Notes: a model not told the origin generated them from the sequence alone. 64,000 nucleotides of DNA from Azolla caroliniana (GCA_043228905.1 JBHGNT010000008.1:14818001-14882000), one strand, 5' to 3'. Positions 10,751-23,126 are shown, counted from the first letter of the stretch. A program made the numbers and translations.

Positions 10751-13042
10751 ATGACGAGACCAACGCACGACCTGGTTACAGACCGAGCTCGACGCCTCGC
10801 CGAACGGCAAAGACGGCGTGAGACTTTCCAGCAAGCAGCGCACGAAATTCGCTCGAATCGTTCGTTCTCCAACGAGATCCGGAGAGTTGCGGAGGAATCT
10901 CTTCGGTTACAGCAAACTCGCGACCAGGACGACGGAAGCGGTCTAAGTAGTCTCCGGGAAACCGAACGCCTCCTCGAGGCGCTGGCAAGCGGAGAAAACG
11001 AGGCAGAAGCCTTTTCAGCCTACGAATCGGATTCCGACGGGGGATACAGCGTGCACACGAACTACCGGAGCAGCAACGATACCCCCGGCGGCCCGGAGGA
11101 CGACGGGTCGGATACCGTGCCGACTCCAGAACCGGAACCGTTCGACCAGGGCTATCCGGAACCGCAAACGGAAGCCGTCAACCCACCAACACCGGAAGTG
11201 GAAGAAGCAAAGCCACCGACACCAACGAAAGAGCTGGTGAAGGAACCGGAAGAAGAGCCGGTGAAGGAACCGGAAAAAGCACCGGCAAAAGAATCGGACG
11301 TGGAACCGGAGAGAAAACCGGAAAGATATCAACAAACGGCACTAAACCGCGGCCTAATACTGGACGACGACATGCCGTTCCAATACTCAAAGTATCGCGA
11401 TGATCCGGACGCGGAAGCGCATGTTCAGGCCTTCGAGCAGACATGGGAAGCAAATCACGCGTCCCAGCGATGGACACCGGAGGAAGAAGAACGCTCGAAG
11501 ATAGCGGAATTCGGGGTCACGTTGGAAGGACCAGCGGCACGATGGCGGGGGACGCAGGACCCGGCAACCATCACAACCTTTGCAGAATTAAAAGCAAAAT
11601 TCTTGCATTTTTTCCACAAGGAGGTCGACCAAACGACGATGGTGGGCCTGTTTTATACGATCCGACAAGAGGCAGGGGAAAGCATTCCCCAATTCGTCAT
11701 CTGTTTCCAACGAATACATAGCCAGCTTGCCCGTGCACCCCCGGAGGAGGAATTACGGACGATATTTTTAAACGCACTCCGGGAACCGTTACGCACGGTG
11801 TGTACGGTGATCGACTTTCGAGGAAGCACCATTGACCAGGTCATTGACCAGGTCAGAGAAATGGAAAAGTCAAGCTCATGGCTTACACTGGGAGCACTGC
11901 AACGGGCGTTACCCACAGATGAAGATCTCCGGTTCCGGCAGGCAATTCAATGCACAATCTGCTTGAATGCCGGACACTCGGCAGTGGAGTGCACCATGCG
12001 AACCCAGTGTGTGATTTGTCAATCCAAGAGTCATACAACGGACCGGTGCGAGTATAACCTGCTAAACCGACAAGCACCACTCGTCCGACGGATCGAGCCA
12101 AGAAGCAGCCGAGACGAAGATGAAGATCTTTGGCAAAGAATGAACCGGTACCGACCGGCACAGGATGTCCGGTATGGAGACAGACAAGAGAATGATGGCC
12201 GGTACGGGGATCGGCATGATAACTACGACCGGTATGAGCGATCGGACCGTTATCGGGAGTCCAACAGACGACACGAGCAATACGACAGAGACCATTCCCC
12301 TGGTTACCGAAGGCACCAGGAGGACTACGGCCGATTTTACGATCCACCACGACAGGACTCCCGAAATAAAAATAGGAATAATAAGAAACGTAATTTCAAG
12401 AAAGGTGGTCACCCTAGGGACCCGGAACATGGAACCCCAAGGAGCCAACCGGCACAGAACGCACCACTCACTACGGGACCGACTCCGGCTACCAGCAATG
12501 CTGAATCCAGCAATACCCGTAAAGAGTACTGCTACTATTGCAGGCAGGAAGGCCACTACAGTAACCAGTGCCCGACAAAGAGCTACGATAAACGACCAGC
12601 AGTTAATATGGTGGTTCCGGAAGTGGCGGATTTACAGCAAGTAACCACACGGTCGAAAGGCATGGCCAAAGAGTGGGAAACACAAGAGGCCATACGAAAA
12701 CAGGCGATGGAATGGGTGAAGGAAGCCAATGAAAGGAACGTCGCGGACGCGGAACGGCAAACGGCGAATACCATAGGGAGTGCCGGCGGTAGCCATGCAG
12801 AAAACGAGACATGGCAAGCACTGCAAGAATGTCAGATCACGTTGCCATTAGGAAGACTCTTGCAGCTCGTGCCGCGATTTACGGAAGGACTAAAAACGGT
12901 CATGACAGACGGTATAGCCCCACCGGCACCAGTCCTCTTCTCGAATCCGGAGGAGGGACCGACGGTGGTGGACACTAGTAGTCCGGTGATTACAGCTATT
13001 GTCAAAGGGCACGAACATTGTCCGGTGACACATTGTAAATAA
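10751..13042 (+). CDS. gag: Gag (763-aa ORF; ends at the deletion that removes protease/RT)
   Basis: Retrotrans_gag-like core (ELKAKFL...IRQEAGESIPQF) and three Cys/His knuckles including CYYCRQEGHYSNQC. Confidence 0.9.
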   Translation: MTRPTHDLVTDRARRLAERQRRRETFQQAAHEIRSNRSFSNEIRRVAEESLRLQQTRDQDDGSGLSSLRETERLLEALASGENEAEAFSAYESDSDGGYSVHTNYRSSNDTPGGPEDDGSDTVPTPEPEPFDQGYPEPQTEAVNPPTPEVEEAKPPTPTKELVKEPEEEPVKEPEKAPAKESDVEPERKPERYQQTALNRGLILDDDMPFQYSKYRDDPDAEAHVQAFEQTWEANHASQRWTPEEEERSKIAEFGVTLEGPAARWRGTQDPATITTFAELKAKFLHFFHKEVDQTTMVGLFYTIRQEAGESIPQFVICFQRIHSQLARAPPEEELRTIFLNALREPLRTVCTVIDFRGSTIDQVIDQVREMEKSSSWLTLGALQRALPTDEDLRFRQAIQCTICLNAGHSAVECTMRTQCVICQSKSHTTDRCEYNLLNRQAPLVRRIEPRSSRDEDEDLWQRMNRYRPAQDVRYGDRQENDGRYGDRHDNYDRYERSDRYRESNRRHEQYDRDHSPGYRRHQEDYGRFYDPPRQDSRNKNRNNKKRNFKKGGHPRDPEHGTPRSQPAQNAPLTTGPTPATSNAESSNTRKEYCYYCRQEGHYSNQCPTKSYDKRPAVNMVVPEVADLQQVTTRSKGMAKEWETQEAIRKQAMEWVKEANERNVADAERQTANTIGSAGGSHAENETWQALQECQITLPLGRLLQLVPRFTEGLKTVMTDGIAPPAPVLFSNPEEGPTVVDTSSPVITAIVKGHEHCPVTHCK

Positions 13043-15191
13043 GGAGGGCATTGCGGTCGACCCGGACAAAGTAAACGCGATACTAGGGGCACCGGCGCCG
13101 AAAACGGCCAAAGCACTAAGCTGATTCTTAGGACAGATCCGGTGGCACAGCCGGATGCTCCGTCACTTGGCTTACTTGGCTACACCATTACACACCGCGG
13201 TACATCGGACACCGTTCCAATGGACGGATACGGAGGATAAGGCATACAATGCCCTGAAGGTACTTTTGTCGCAAGCACCCGTCATGCAGCCTCCGGATTG
13301 GAGCAAGGAATTTCATCTGTTCGTGGACGCTTCCGACATCGCTATCGGCAGCGCCTTAATGCAACTTACGGAGCCTAAATGGTACCGGCCGGTATATTAC
13401 GCCAGCCGGAAGCGGTCCCAAGCGGAGAAGAACTATTCGACTACGAAACGGGAGGCCCTGGGCATGATCTACAGTGTAACAAAGTTTCGTCATTACCTAT
13501 TGGGAAGGAAGTTCTCCTTTCATGTGGATCACTCGGCACTCCTGTACTTAGTGTCCAAGGTGTCCCTGACCGGTAAGTTGGCCCGTTGGACCTTGCTGTT
13601 GCAGGTGTTCGAATTCGAGATCTTCCACCGGCCCGGTATCCAGCATGCCGTAGCAGACTACCTGAGCTGGTTAGAGTCCGGAGAATCAGGCGTCGGAGTA
13701 TCGGATGAATTCCCGGACGCAGAGTTATTCCGTATCACCCCGGAAACGGCAGCGGACGACACGGTGGCATCAGAAGATAGGTGGCTGACAAACATGCACC
13801 AGTTCCTAAGCACGGGCCTGCCACCGGAGGAAATGAACCGGGACGAGAGGAAACGACTGGCGGTGCAGAGCCGCAATTTCTGTCTGTTACGGGACACTCT
13901 CTACCACAAGGGAGCAGATGGAATATGGAGACGGGCAGTCCGTAGTGACGAGAAACAAGTAATCTTACGGGAAGCACACTGTGGGGTTGCCGGAGGACAC
14001 TATGCCGGGGAAGCGACGGCAAGGAAAGTATGGCAGAGCGGCTTATGGTGGCCCACGACGTTAAAAGACACCGTCAAGTATGCTAAGGAATGTGACCTAT
14101 GCCAACGAATGGGCCAGCCTACGGAGCAAGCACGTATGCCACACCAACCGGTACTTCCACTAGAGCCATTCCAGAAGTGGGGGTTGGATTTTGTCGGACC
14201 GTTCAAGCCACCGGCAATGAGAACAGGTAATCGTTATGTCATCGTGGCAACAGATTATTGCACTAAATGGGTGGAGGCTAAGGCCTTGAGAGACAACACC
14301 GCGTCATCCACAGCAAAATTCCTGTACGAAAACATTTGGTGCCGATATCAATGTCCGATTGAATTAATCAGCGACCAAGGAGGGCACTTCCTCAGCCAGG
14401 TAGTTGAAAGCTTAACAACGTTCTATGCCGTGGTCCATAAACGGAGCACACAGTACTACCCACAAGCAAACGGGTTAGCAGAGTCAACCAACAAAACGCT
14501 CCAGAACATTCTCCGCAAAATCGTCAATGAAAACCGGACGGACTGGGATACAAAGCTCCATAGCGCGCTATGGGCGTACCGAACGGCATACAAAACAAGT
14601 ATCCGGACAACGCCGTTCCGGTTAGCGTTCGGCTTAGAGGCGGTCATGCCGGTGGAATTTCAGGTACCAAGCTTACGGATCCAACTACGGGAACGGCTGA
14701 ATGAAAAGGAGTCGGAGGAAATGCGGCTAGCAGCACTATGCGAACTGGAGGAGCAACGGCTTGCCAGCATCCTACACATGGAACTGGAGCAACGACGACG
14801 GAAAGCGTTCGTTGACCGTCACCGGAAAGGTAATGAGAAGATGTTCGAAATCGGAAAGCCGGTGCTAGTATTCCAAACGAGGATGGGCAAGATGCCGGGT
14901 AAACTCCGGTTTAGATGGACAGGCCCGTATTGGCTGACACGGGAATACAACGGGTCCTATCAGTTAGGGACACTTGCCGGTGAAGTGCTAGGCAAGTGGG
15001 TCAACGGATTTAGACTAAAGCCCTATAAAGGACCGATGCCAAGTAACCCGTTTATGCAGCCCACCGGCACTATACCGGGAACGGTACGGATGGAAGAAAA
15101 AGACGACGGGGAACCCGCAGCAGAGGCGAAGGAAGACACGGCAACCCGTAAGGAAAACGGTAAGGGTCCGAAGGGACCTACGGATGTGTAA
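13027..15191 (+). pseudogene. pol: Truncated pol: RT thumb/connection, RNase H and integrase (no chromodomain)
   Basis: HIVNKEGIAVDPDK, FVDASD, NYSTTKREAL, HVDHSAL, HHCC, WGLDFVGP, ISDQGGHF, PQANGLAE, WTGPY. In-frame TGA at ~13122. Confidence 0.92.
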
Positions 15192-15594
15192 GATCACACA
15201 CCGTCATTAAAAGAAAAAAAGAAAAAAAAAAGAAAAAAAAAAAGAAAAAAAGAAGAAGAAAGAAATCATTAAAAATCGAGGTATGAACGGACGTGAAAGG
15301 AAGGAGCGAAAAGGTACGTAGTGGGCATTTAAGAGCCGCCACGTTACTTAATACTAAATTGGTACACGACATGCGCATGCTCGGAAAAGGCGCCAAGACG
15401 CACAGAGAAAAAGCAGAACGCATGGAGACCTTTTCATTTCGCGAGCCAAGAAGCACAGAAGCACCAAGGCAGTGGAAGCTTATCAGACGCGAACCTGCAC
15501 TCAGAGAACCCCCACGTTCGGAACTCTCTCTCTCTCTCACTCTCACTCTCATCACCACTCTACCTCGCCATCTTTCCTCGACCTCGAAGCAGAC

Positions 15595-18190
15595 ATGGAC
15601 CCACAAACGCTGTCGGAAGCGGCCAGGAAATGGCTCAGGCAACACGGACTGGATGGGTTCCTGACCATCATGGAGGCACCACCGCACAAAGAAGCCGACC
15701 GGGTCATCAAGGAGCTCGACACAGAAGTCATCACCGAGGAAGCGATCCGTGCGCTAACAGGCCTTCCGGAGGGAGGTATTTTTCAGATCGATAACCCAAC
15801 CTCGGAGCAACTCATCCGATATTTCGGTGAGTACTCTCTAGCCGGCAAAGGCTATCGAACGCAGGGCGGCGAAGATCCGCTATTCAGGGAGATAGCTCGA
15901 GTGCTCCATGAGTACGGCCACGTGTACCCCCGACCCCCTGTCATGCCAAGAAAATTGGGCAGGGATGATCATAGCCACCTATGAAGGGATCAAGGTGGAC
16001 TGGCCGGTGTTGATTGCAGACGGTTTGTGCGCGGCAATCGACATGGTACGAGGAAAGGACGGCAAGGAGGGCCGGAAGCTGTGGCATGTCGTAGCTCAGT
16101 GGATAACATTGCTCGTGCCGCCGGTCAAGACCGTTCAGCCAAAGCAGCGGCCAAGATTATCGGAAGGAAGCACCTCGAAGCCCGCGTCCAAACGACAGCA
16201 GCTGCTGGCGTCGAAGGCGACGAAAGGGAAGAAACGGCTCCTAGAACCGGAGGAGGTGTCACCGGTCCTACCCGTTAAGATAACGATACGGCGACCGGGA
16301 CAGAAGGAACCGGAACCCTTGACGGCACAGATACATGCCGTTACCCAGGAAGAGGAAACGGAGGAGCCAGTAGAGCACCTCCAACGACGGTCAAGAAGTA
16401 GGACCGCCGGGACAGCGGGGGAGCGTTCGGACCCGCAAAAGGAAGAAACGCCCCCAACTCAACCTGAGCAAACCACAAGGGAGGAACCGGAACCGGTGCG
16501 TATAGAACCGGCCTTGTCGACTTCTATACAAGAAGTCATTCCAACGGCTCCGGAGACGGCGAGAACCGGAACTCAACAGCCGGCGAGCCCAGCCAACACA
16601 CACAGCGGCCAAGGAGTAGAACCAGAACGGCAGATACAGGCACTCAGGCCAGACAATTCCACAGTGAACGAGCCGACCCGACCAGTACAGCAGCAAGGCA
16701 CCAGTAGCATGTGGCTACGGTGGGTAGGCGAGCAGATCGCCGGAACGGTCGAGTACATAGAGGCGGAGGAGAGAGCGCACCACGAACGGTTGCTCGTCAC
16801 AACCGTAGATCTAGAGACGGCCCGGTCCAGAATCCGGAGCCTTGAACAAGACTTGGACAGGGTCACAAGGGAAATGGCTCAATTGACTTTGACAACACAA
16901 GTCCAAGCACCGGTGACTCCGGGCAATGTACAAAATAAAGCGTCAGATCAACCTGTACATAGCAATCAAACCTCGGCAACGGAAACCGTTCCGGAGAGAA
17001 ATGCGGCACAAGCCCAAGAGCTTGTGGACATAAAGGATGAGCTAGCTGCCCAAGAAGCGGTGAGGAGCCGCGAAAGAGAGTTGAAGACGGCAGCGGAGGC
17101 AGAACTTAAAAAGACTGCTGAGAATCTACGCCGGGCCGAGGAGAGCTTACGAAAAGGCCACCAAGCGTACGACCGGCTCAAGGAGGAAAAGGAGAAAATG
17201 CTGCAAAAGAAGGACAGGCTCCGGAGAAACGCCGAAACAGAAGTAGAGCGCCTGAAAGAGGAACTCCGGCAGCTAAAGGACCGGGAGGACCGGAACCATC
17301 GCCAGATCAACGGCAAGCTCAAACAAAAAATGGAGGAATTTGAGCACTTGCACCGGGAGTATAAACGGTTGCAAACGGAGCACAAGGAACGGACGGATGA
17401 GCTCCGGCAAGCAGTTGATCGGACCGCAACGGCATACGCTAATGAACAAGCGGAAACCAGAAGACGGTTGGAAGAGGCGGAGAAGGTTCGGACAGAGCTC
17501 CTCAGGCAACAGCAGGCGGAAAAAGAAAGAGCGGCGGAGGTACTGCAGAGGCTGCAAACAAAATATCAAGGGCAGCTGACGCGCTACAGAGAGCAGGCGG
17601 AGGATACGGCTAATCTCATCAAGCAGTTGAAGGAGGAACGACAAGTTGTGGAAAGTAGAGCGCAAATGGGAGCAAGTCGCATCCAGGATATCATGCGGGC
17701 CTGGTTGAACCAGACCAAGAGCTTGATTGACAACGGTTCCGTCAAATGGTGGACCAAGTGGGCCACGAACGCAGCGGAACTCCAATTGCTCCAGGCCGAC
17801 GTAGAGAACCGGTGGAAGGAGGGAGATGATTGCTATATGCCGACTTCCGAAGACTTCACCGGCATAAGAGATGAGTTGGTCGAAGACTTTCAAGCCTTGG
17901 CAGAGGACCAACTAGGGCAAGCCCGGCAACTTGTAGCTCAGCTGGACGACGACAGGCTGGAGGCGCAGATCCAGTTTGAAAGCTACGAGAGGTCCCGGAT
18001 CCGGGAAGAGAAAGAACGAGAACCGGTTACGGTCAACCTCAGTGATGAGGAACCGTTACTGGAAGGAGACCGGACCAGAAGCAGTCAAACGGGGATGCCG
18101 GAGTCAGAGAAACAAACGGAGCAGCCGCCTATAGAGCAGCCGGAGCAGTCTCAGTCCCAACCGCAACCACAGCAGCAGCAGCAAGCATAG
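15595..18190 (+). CDS. Additional sense ORF between pol and the 3' LTR (one frameshift near 15955): globular N-terminus, low-complexity linker, long coiled coil
   Basis: ORFs 15595-15984 and 15908-18190 overlap and join by a single frameshift (~860 aa). E/K/R/Q/L-rich helical region. No evident transmembrane segment. Confidence 0.8.
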
Positions 18191-19075
18191 CCGCAACAAC
18201 CACAACCGGAAGAACAATTGGAAACTCTGGAACAAAGTATTTTGGACAATTTGGGTGAACAATGAAGGGGCCGAGAAGGGTTCGACGTACAAGGTACTGT
18301 CCCACGGGCGTGCCATGTGTTACCGGCCGGCAAGGAGTCCAAAATACGGAGTGAAGGAATTAATTAAGTATGGTTGTAAATAAGCATAGTGTGGACGGAC
18401 GGACTGGAAACGGTATGCCGTTCCAGATCCGGACGGATCCCGAATAGGTGTGATAGGCACCGTTTTGTACTACGGGCCGGAAACCTATTTAAAGGCCCGG
18501 ACCCCATTGTAATCGCAGCGGATAATTAATAGAGCGTATGGTGTTTATACTTCTGTGTTGATTTCCGTTCTGTAATTACTGTTATATCTTACGCGTGTAA
18601 TTAACAAAAGCGCTCTAATCGTGTAACCTACTTAAGTCGGTGTAATCGTTGAGTCATAATCCTATGCCGTAATCACCCTTTGGTGAAGTGTCTCCGTGAC
18701 ACCTTGTGTTAGGCCTTGTCCGGTCAGAGAACAACAGCACCGTTTTGTACTACGGGCCGGAAACCTATTTAAAGGCCCGGACCCCATTGTAATCGCAGCG
18801 GATAATTAATAGAGCGTATGGTGTTTATACTTCTGTGTTGATTTCCGTTCTGTAATTACTGTTATATCTTACGCGTGTAATTAACAAAAGCGCTCTAATC
18901 GTGTAACCTACTTAAGTCGGTGTAATCGTTGAGTCATAATCCTATGCCGTAATCACCCTTTGGTGAAGTGTCTCCGTGACACCTTGTGTTAGGCCTTGTC
19001 GGGTCAGAGAACAACAACTTCCTAGATTCACGATTTTCTTTTCGTTTGCTCTCGTATGCTGACATCGACGTGACA

Positions 19076-21370
19076 ACATAAACCATCTATTGGAGTAGGG
19101 AGCATTGGAGGGCTCAAGAATTATCATCCTAAACTTTTCCTTTAGAAGCTCAATCAACTTTGGAATGTGAGCTTTTGGAACCGGTATCGGCATGAGGTTC
19201 CATGGTACATGAGGCACCGTAAATGTCACCATCGGCTCTATCATCTTCGAGTCGGCACATCCGATCTCTTGTGCAAAGAAGGCCAAGGCTTTTCCATATC
19301 TCTCCAACATCATCCTAAACCTTTCTTCTTCTTTGGGGAGAAGGAAGTCATCCTTCCCGACTCGGAGTTTCCCTCTCGATTCGTCGGTGAAGGTATGGTC
19401 TATCACTTTCGGGTCTTTGAGACTCGGATCCTTGGTAACTTCCTTCATCAGTTGCCAACTGTCCTCTGGTAATGGAATAACTATTGGCTTGATCTTCTTA
19501 TCTATTGTTTTATATTTTGTATTTACTTTGACCATCTCCTCCATAACCCCTCGTTGACATTCGTCGATGGCAGTATACATGTTGATGGAGTTCACTTGAA
19601 TAATATGTTGCTCACAAGGGCTCAAGTTCACGATGCTCTCTATTTCTCTGATTGTATTATTAAATGAAGCGTCCTCTATGATCCATGATATGTTGTATTC
19701 TTCTTCTAATATTCCTTGTTCTTTTAACCAATGTTCAAAGCTTTGAACTTGGCGCTTCTCACTCTCATTGAGTGTAATCATCCCACATGCACCATTAACT
19801 ACTAAATATATGTTTCCTTCTTGCTGTGTTCTTCTTTTTGGGGACTTACATTTTCTCAGACTATCTTTGCCCCATTCTACAAGAGTCCGTGTTAAAAATC
19901 TGAGGCCTCATCTCCTAGGCTATCTCGGTTCCTCTCATGATTAGCTCGCACCGTCAAGAATTGAACCGACTTCCGACCATCGAGACTCTTCACCCAAGCA
20001 AATGCCGCTCCCCTATTAAACACCTTAGTCTCCATCCTTGATGATGTTATGTAGGGTTGCCCAAGAATCACCGAATGGGAAGCCGAATCTTGCACAAAGA
20101 AGTGTTGGTCGATCTCTACATCCCCAATTGTGACTTGAACGTTGGGATATGCTCCATAAAGATCTTTTGTTGCCTTCGTCGCTGCACGAATCTTCCGTCC
20201 ATGGTTTGTGTTGATAGGTCATCTTCCCTTCTTGTAAAAATCCGTCGACATGAGGTTAATCTCTAATCCATGGTCTATAAGAGCCACAACCGTCTCTTTC
20301 TTCTCTCCAATCTTCATCGGAGTTTCCATTGTCGCTCTCACCCAATGGAGTCGTGTATAATGACTATCCACTAGATCTTCTTCTTTCTCTTCTGCTCTTT
20401 CCATATTATGGCATTGGTTGTCACCTTTGTAGAAATGCCCTCTTCCTCATCCGCTTGTTGTCTTTTTTGTTTGATAAGATTGACGATGGTCAATATGGAA
20501 CTCCTTTGCAATTCCAAGTAGTTCTCTCAATGTAAGGTCAATATGTCTATCGAGCACTCTTTCTTCAAGAACCTTCCTTAAGTTTGTTGTGTTCAATATT
20601 TGACCTCAATTTGTATGTTGGCATCGATCTATCCTTCCCCTTCTTGGCATTCTCTTCAGATGGCTGAGTCGGTTCTTCGACTCTCTTGTTTGAGCTTCCG
20701 TCTTCTTGACATATGGTCTTGATTACCTCTTCCTTCTTCTTAGCGCTTCTTGTGTCATGTTTCTTGGAAGGGCCTTCTTCTAGATCCGTCCTCTTCCGCT
20801 TCTCATCCATAAACACTTTGTGGGTTTCGCATATGACCTCTGCGGAGATTGTGTTGTTATCAATAAGATATGCCCATCCTGTAAGGTCTTGTACATGAAG
20901 GTTTGCTAGCTTTGTATCATCCGAATTAATCTTCCCTTTTTGTTCGTATTCAAGGACGGTCTGCCAAAACCCCATTCCCGATTTAATCATCCCAAGCTTC
21001 TCCTTCTTGATCCTTATACCAGCGGATGTGGCATAGTGTATAGCTTTGACATGGCTCGCATCGGCCTCATCCATGATTTTCTTGAGCCCGCCTCTACCAA
21101 AATTCACTTGCAATGGTTTGCGAGTCTCGCTTGAGTGTATACTGTTGCCTTCCATGTAGACGAGGTTTTGTCGAATTGCTTCTTGAAGGCTAACACAGTC
21201 TTTCCTCGCATGATCCATACTATTACACCACACACATATATGGGTCTTTCCCCTTCGGTCCTCGACGACTCCGATTAGCTAACGAAACCACTTCAAATTT
21301 GTTAGCCAACTCTTCAATGATAGAGTTCTCCATCGCTCTTTTGGTCGGGTCACATTGCTTTGTCATCTAA
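19076..21370 (-). mobile_element. Degenerate Gypsy internal fragment (gag knuckle, protease, RT N-terminus)
   Basis: CMWCNSMDHARKDC, VALIDHGLEINLMS, VILGQPY, TVPHVPWN..PIPVP, LEPSNAPYSNRWF. Confidence 0.85.
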
Positions 21371-21384
21371 GTTGCTATTGTACA

Positions 21385-23126
21385 ATAATGGTGGATTAAA
21401 CGAATATTTAAAGCCGGAGATAAGAATCAATTATCAAACTATCGTACAATAATGGTGAGCTCAACTATTGCTAAATTATATAGCACTATTATAGAGCAAA
21501 AGATAAGCATATGGGCTGAAAGTACAAGCTAAAGAGCACTTGGGCAAGCAGGATTTAGACCATTAGAGTACCGAGTTGCTGTTGTAGGCCTATATGAACA
21601 AGTTAAATGCCAACTAAAAATGGATAGTGGATTCTCAAAGCACTTTTTATGTAACATGGGGGTCAAGCAAGGATGTCCACTATCACCCACACTTTTTGGC
21701 TTATGTATTGATAAATTAGAAGAAGTGGTAAATAAGGTTGCAAGAGAAGAAGGATTGAATGCTCCCAAATTGATGCAACATGTTATCTTATTACTTCTAT
21801 ATGCCGATGATGTGGTACTCTTCTCATATGATGTTGATAGTATGCGAAATTTACTTGGGGTATTAGAAGAATTTTGCCATAGTAGTGGACTAGCAATGAA
21901 TGTGGAGAAAACAAAAATGATGGTAGTGCAAACCATCCAACCTCATCATTAACCTATGCTCACATATAGAGATGAACATATACAATTTGTTCAAAGCTTT
22001 AAATATCTTGGTATTGATGTACCTGCCACAAATAAATGGAGTGCATGCTTTGATTCTAGGCTCCAAGCCGATTGGAAATCGTATTACCTTTTGGAGAACC
22101 AATGCAACCAAAGTGATACTTGTGGATGGGAAGTAAAACTAATGTTGTTCAATGCCATGGTAGCTCAAGTATTGCTTTATGGAGTAGAAGTATGGGGTGG
22201 CACCATCTCTCTTAATGCATGGAATGAGATTGAGAAAATCCAAAGATGTTTTTAAGGAGGCAATTAGGAGTTAAATGCACTAGCTCTTACCAGGTTATGC
22301 TCTTGGAAACAGGTGTTCGACCCATAGAACTATTGGCACTCCAAAAAGTATATAAATACATTACAAAAGTCAAGAATATGCCAAATCATCGATTACCACA
22401 TCTTGCTTGGAATGTTGGATGTAAGCTACAAAAGAATCATAAAAGTAAGATTCTTTCATCCGGTTGGGTTGTTGACATAAGGAAGTGGTTTAGCAGATGG
22501 GGTTTGGATGATCTTTTAGAGATTTCTGGCAATGTTATGCAGTATGTAATGATTGAGGAAAGGTTGGTGGAATCATTAAGGATGAAGTGGGTTTAGGGTT
22601 TAGAGAACAAACCTAGAATACTACATTGCAAATGTCAACCCTCAATGTTGGTCTCAATGCTAAGCAAGAATGCCTATTGATCGTATCCAACCTTATCTCA
22701 TTACCAATATGAGTAGTAATGCTCGTAGAGCCCTTACACTACTACGCACTCGATCTCACAAGTTAGGTATTGAAGTTGCATCATGGTATCAAAATGTAAC
22801 TAATTTCAAGACATGCAAAGTATGCAATGAAGGCATGGTAGAGGATGAATGTCACTTGCTCTTTACATGCTCGACATATAGTGCAATTCGTTCAAGATAT
22901 GTTGACATACTTGGAGGGAGTGATAACTTAAGTTCCATACTTAAGACACCACCGAGAAGGTTGAGCTCATATGTGTATGCTTTATTCACACATAGAGACT
23001 TTGTCCTTCAATGTATGAATACCCCTTCTTAGGAAGGAGACACATATCAAGAACACATGTATACTCTAGTCCCATAAGTCAAAATTGGCCTCTTTATGGA
23101 CGATAAAAATTCTAATTCTAATTCTA
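21385..23126 (+). mobile_element. 5'-truncated LINE (RTEX/RTE-like): RT and C-terminal CCHC finger, pseudogenised
   Basis: NYRTIMV, QAGFRP, GVKQGCPLSPTLF, LLLYADD, FKYLG, LRTRSHKLGIE and CKVC...EDECHLLFTC. The 3' tail is (ATTCTA)3 at 23109-23126. Confidence 0.9.

Larger units (their letters stand above)
10279..19016 (+). mobile_element. Young non-chromovirus Gypsy LTR retrotransposon with an extra 3' ORF; TSD ACTTC
   Basis: 419-bp LTRs 10279-10697 and 18318-18736 (3 mismatches by eye), plus an extra 280-bp LTR tail 18737-19016. ACTTC at 10274-10278 and 19017-19021. PBS TGGCGACCAC at 10704-10713, consistent with the plant tRNA-Arg(UCG) 3' end. Confidence 0.97.
9691..19075 (+). mobile_element. 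Gypsy 3' LTR (9691-10278 plus 19022-19075), split by the 10279-19016 insertion
   Basis: Starts TGTCG right after the PPT, has TATA-like CCTATTTAAAG at ~10100, resumes after the TSD and ends GTGACA at 19075. Confidence 0.7.

Noticed and set aside
15908-18190. Extra ORF as a true envelope or a captured host SMC/myosin gene
   Set aside because: No signal peptide, TM segment or ATPase motif; coiled-coil composition alone is not evidence of homology.
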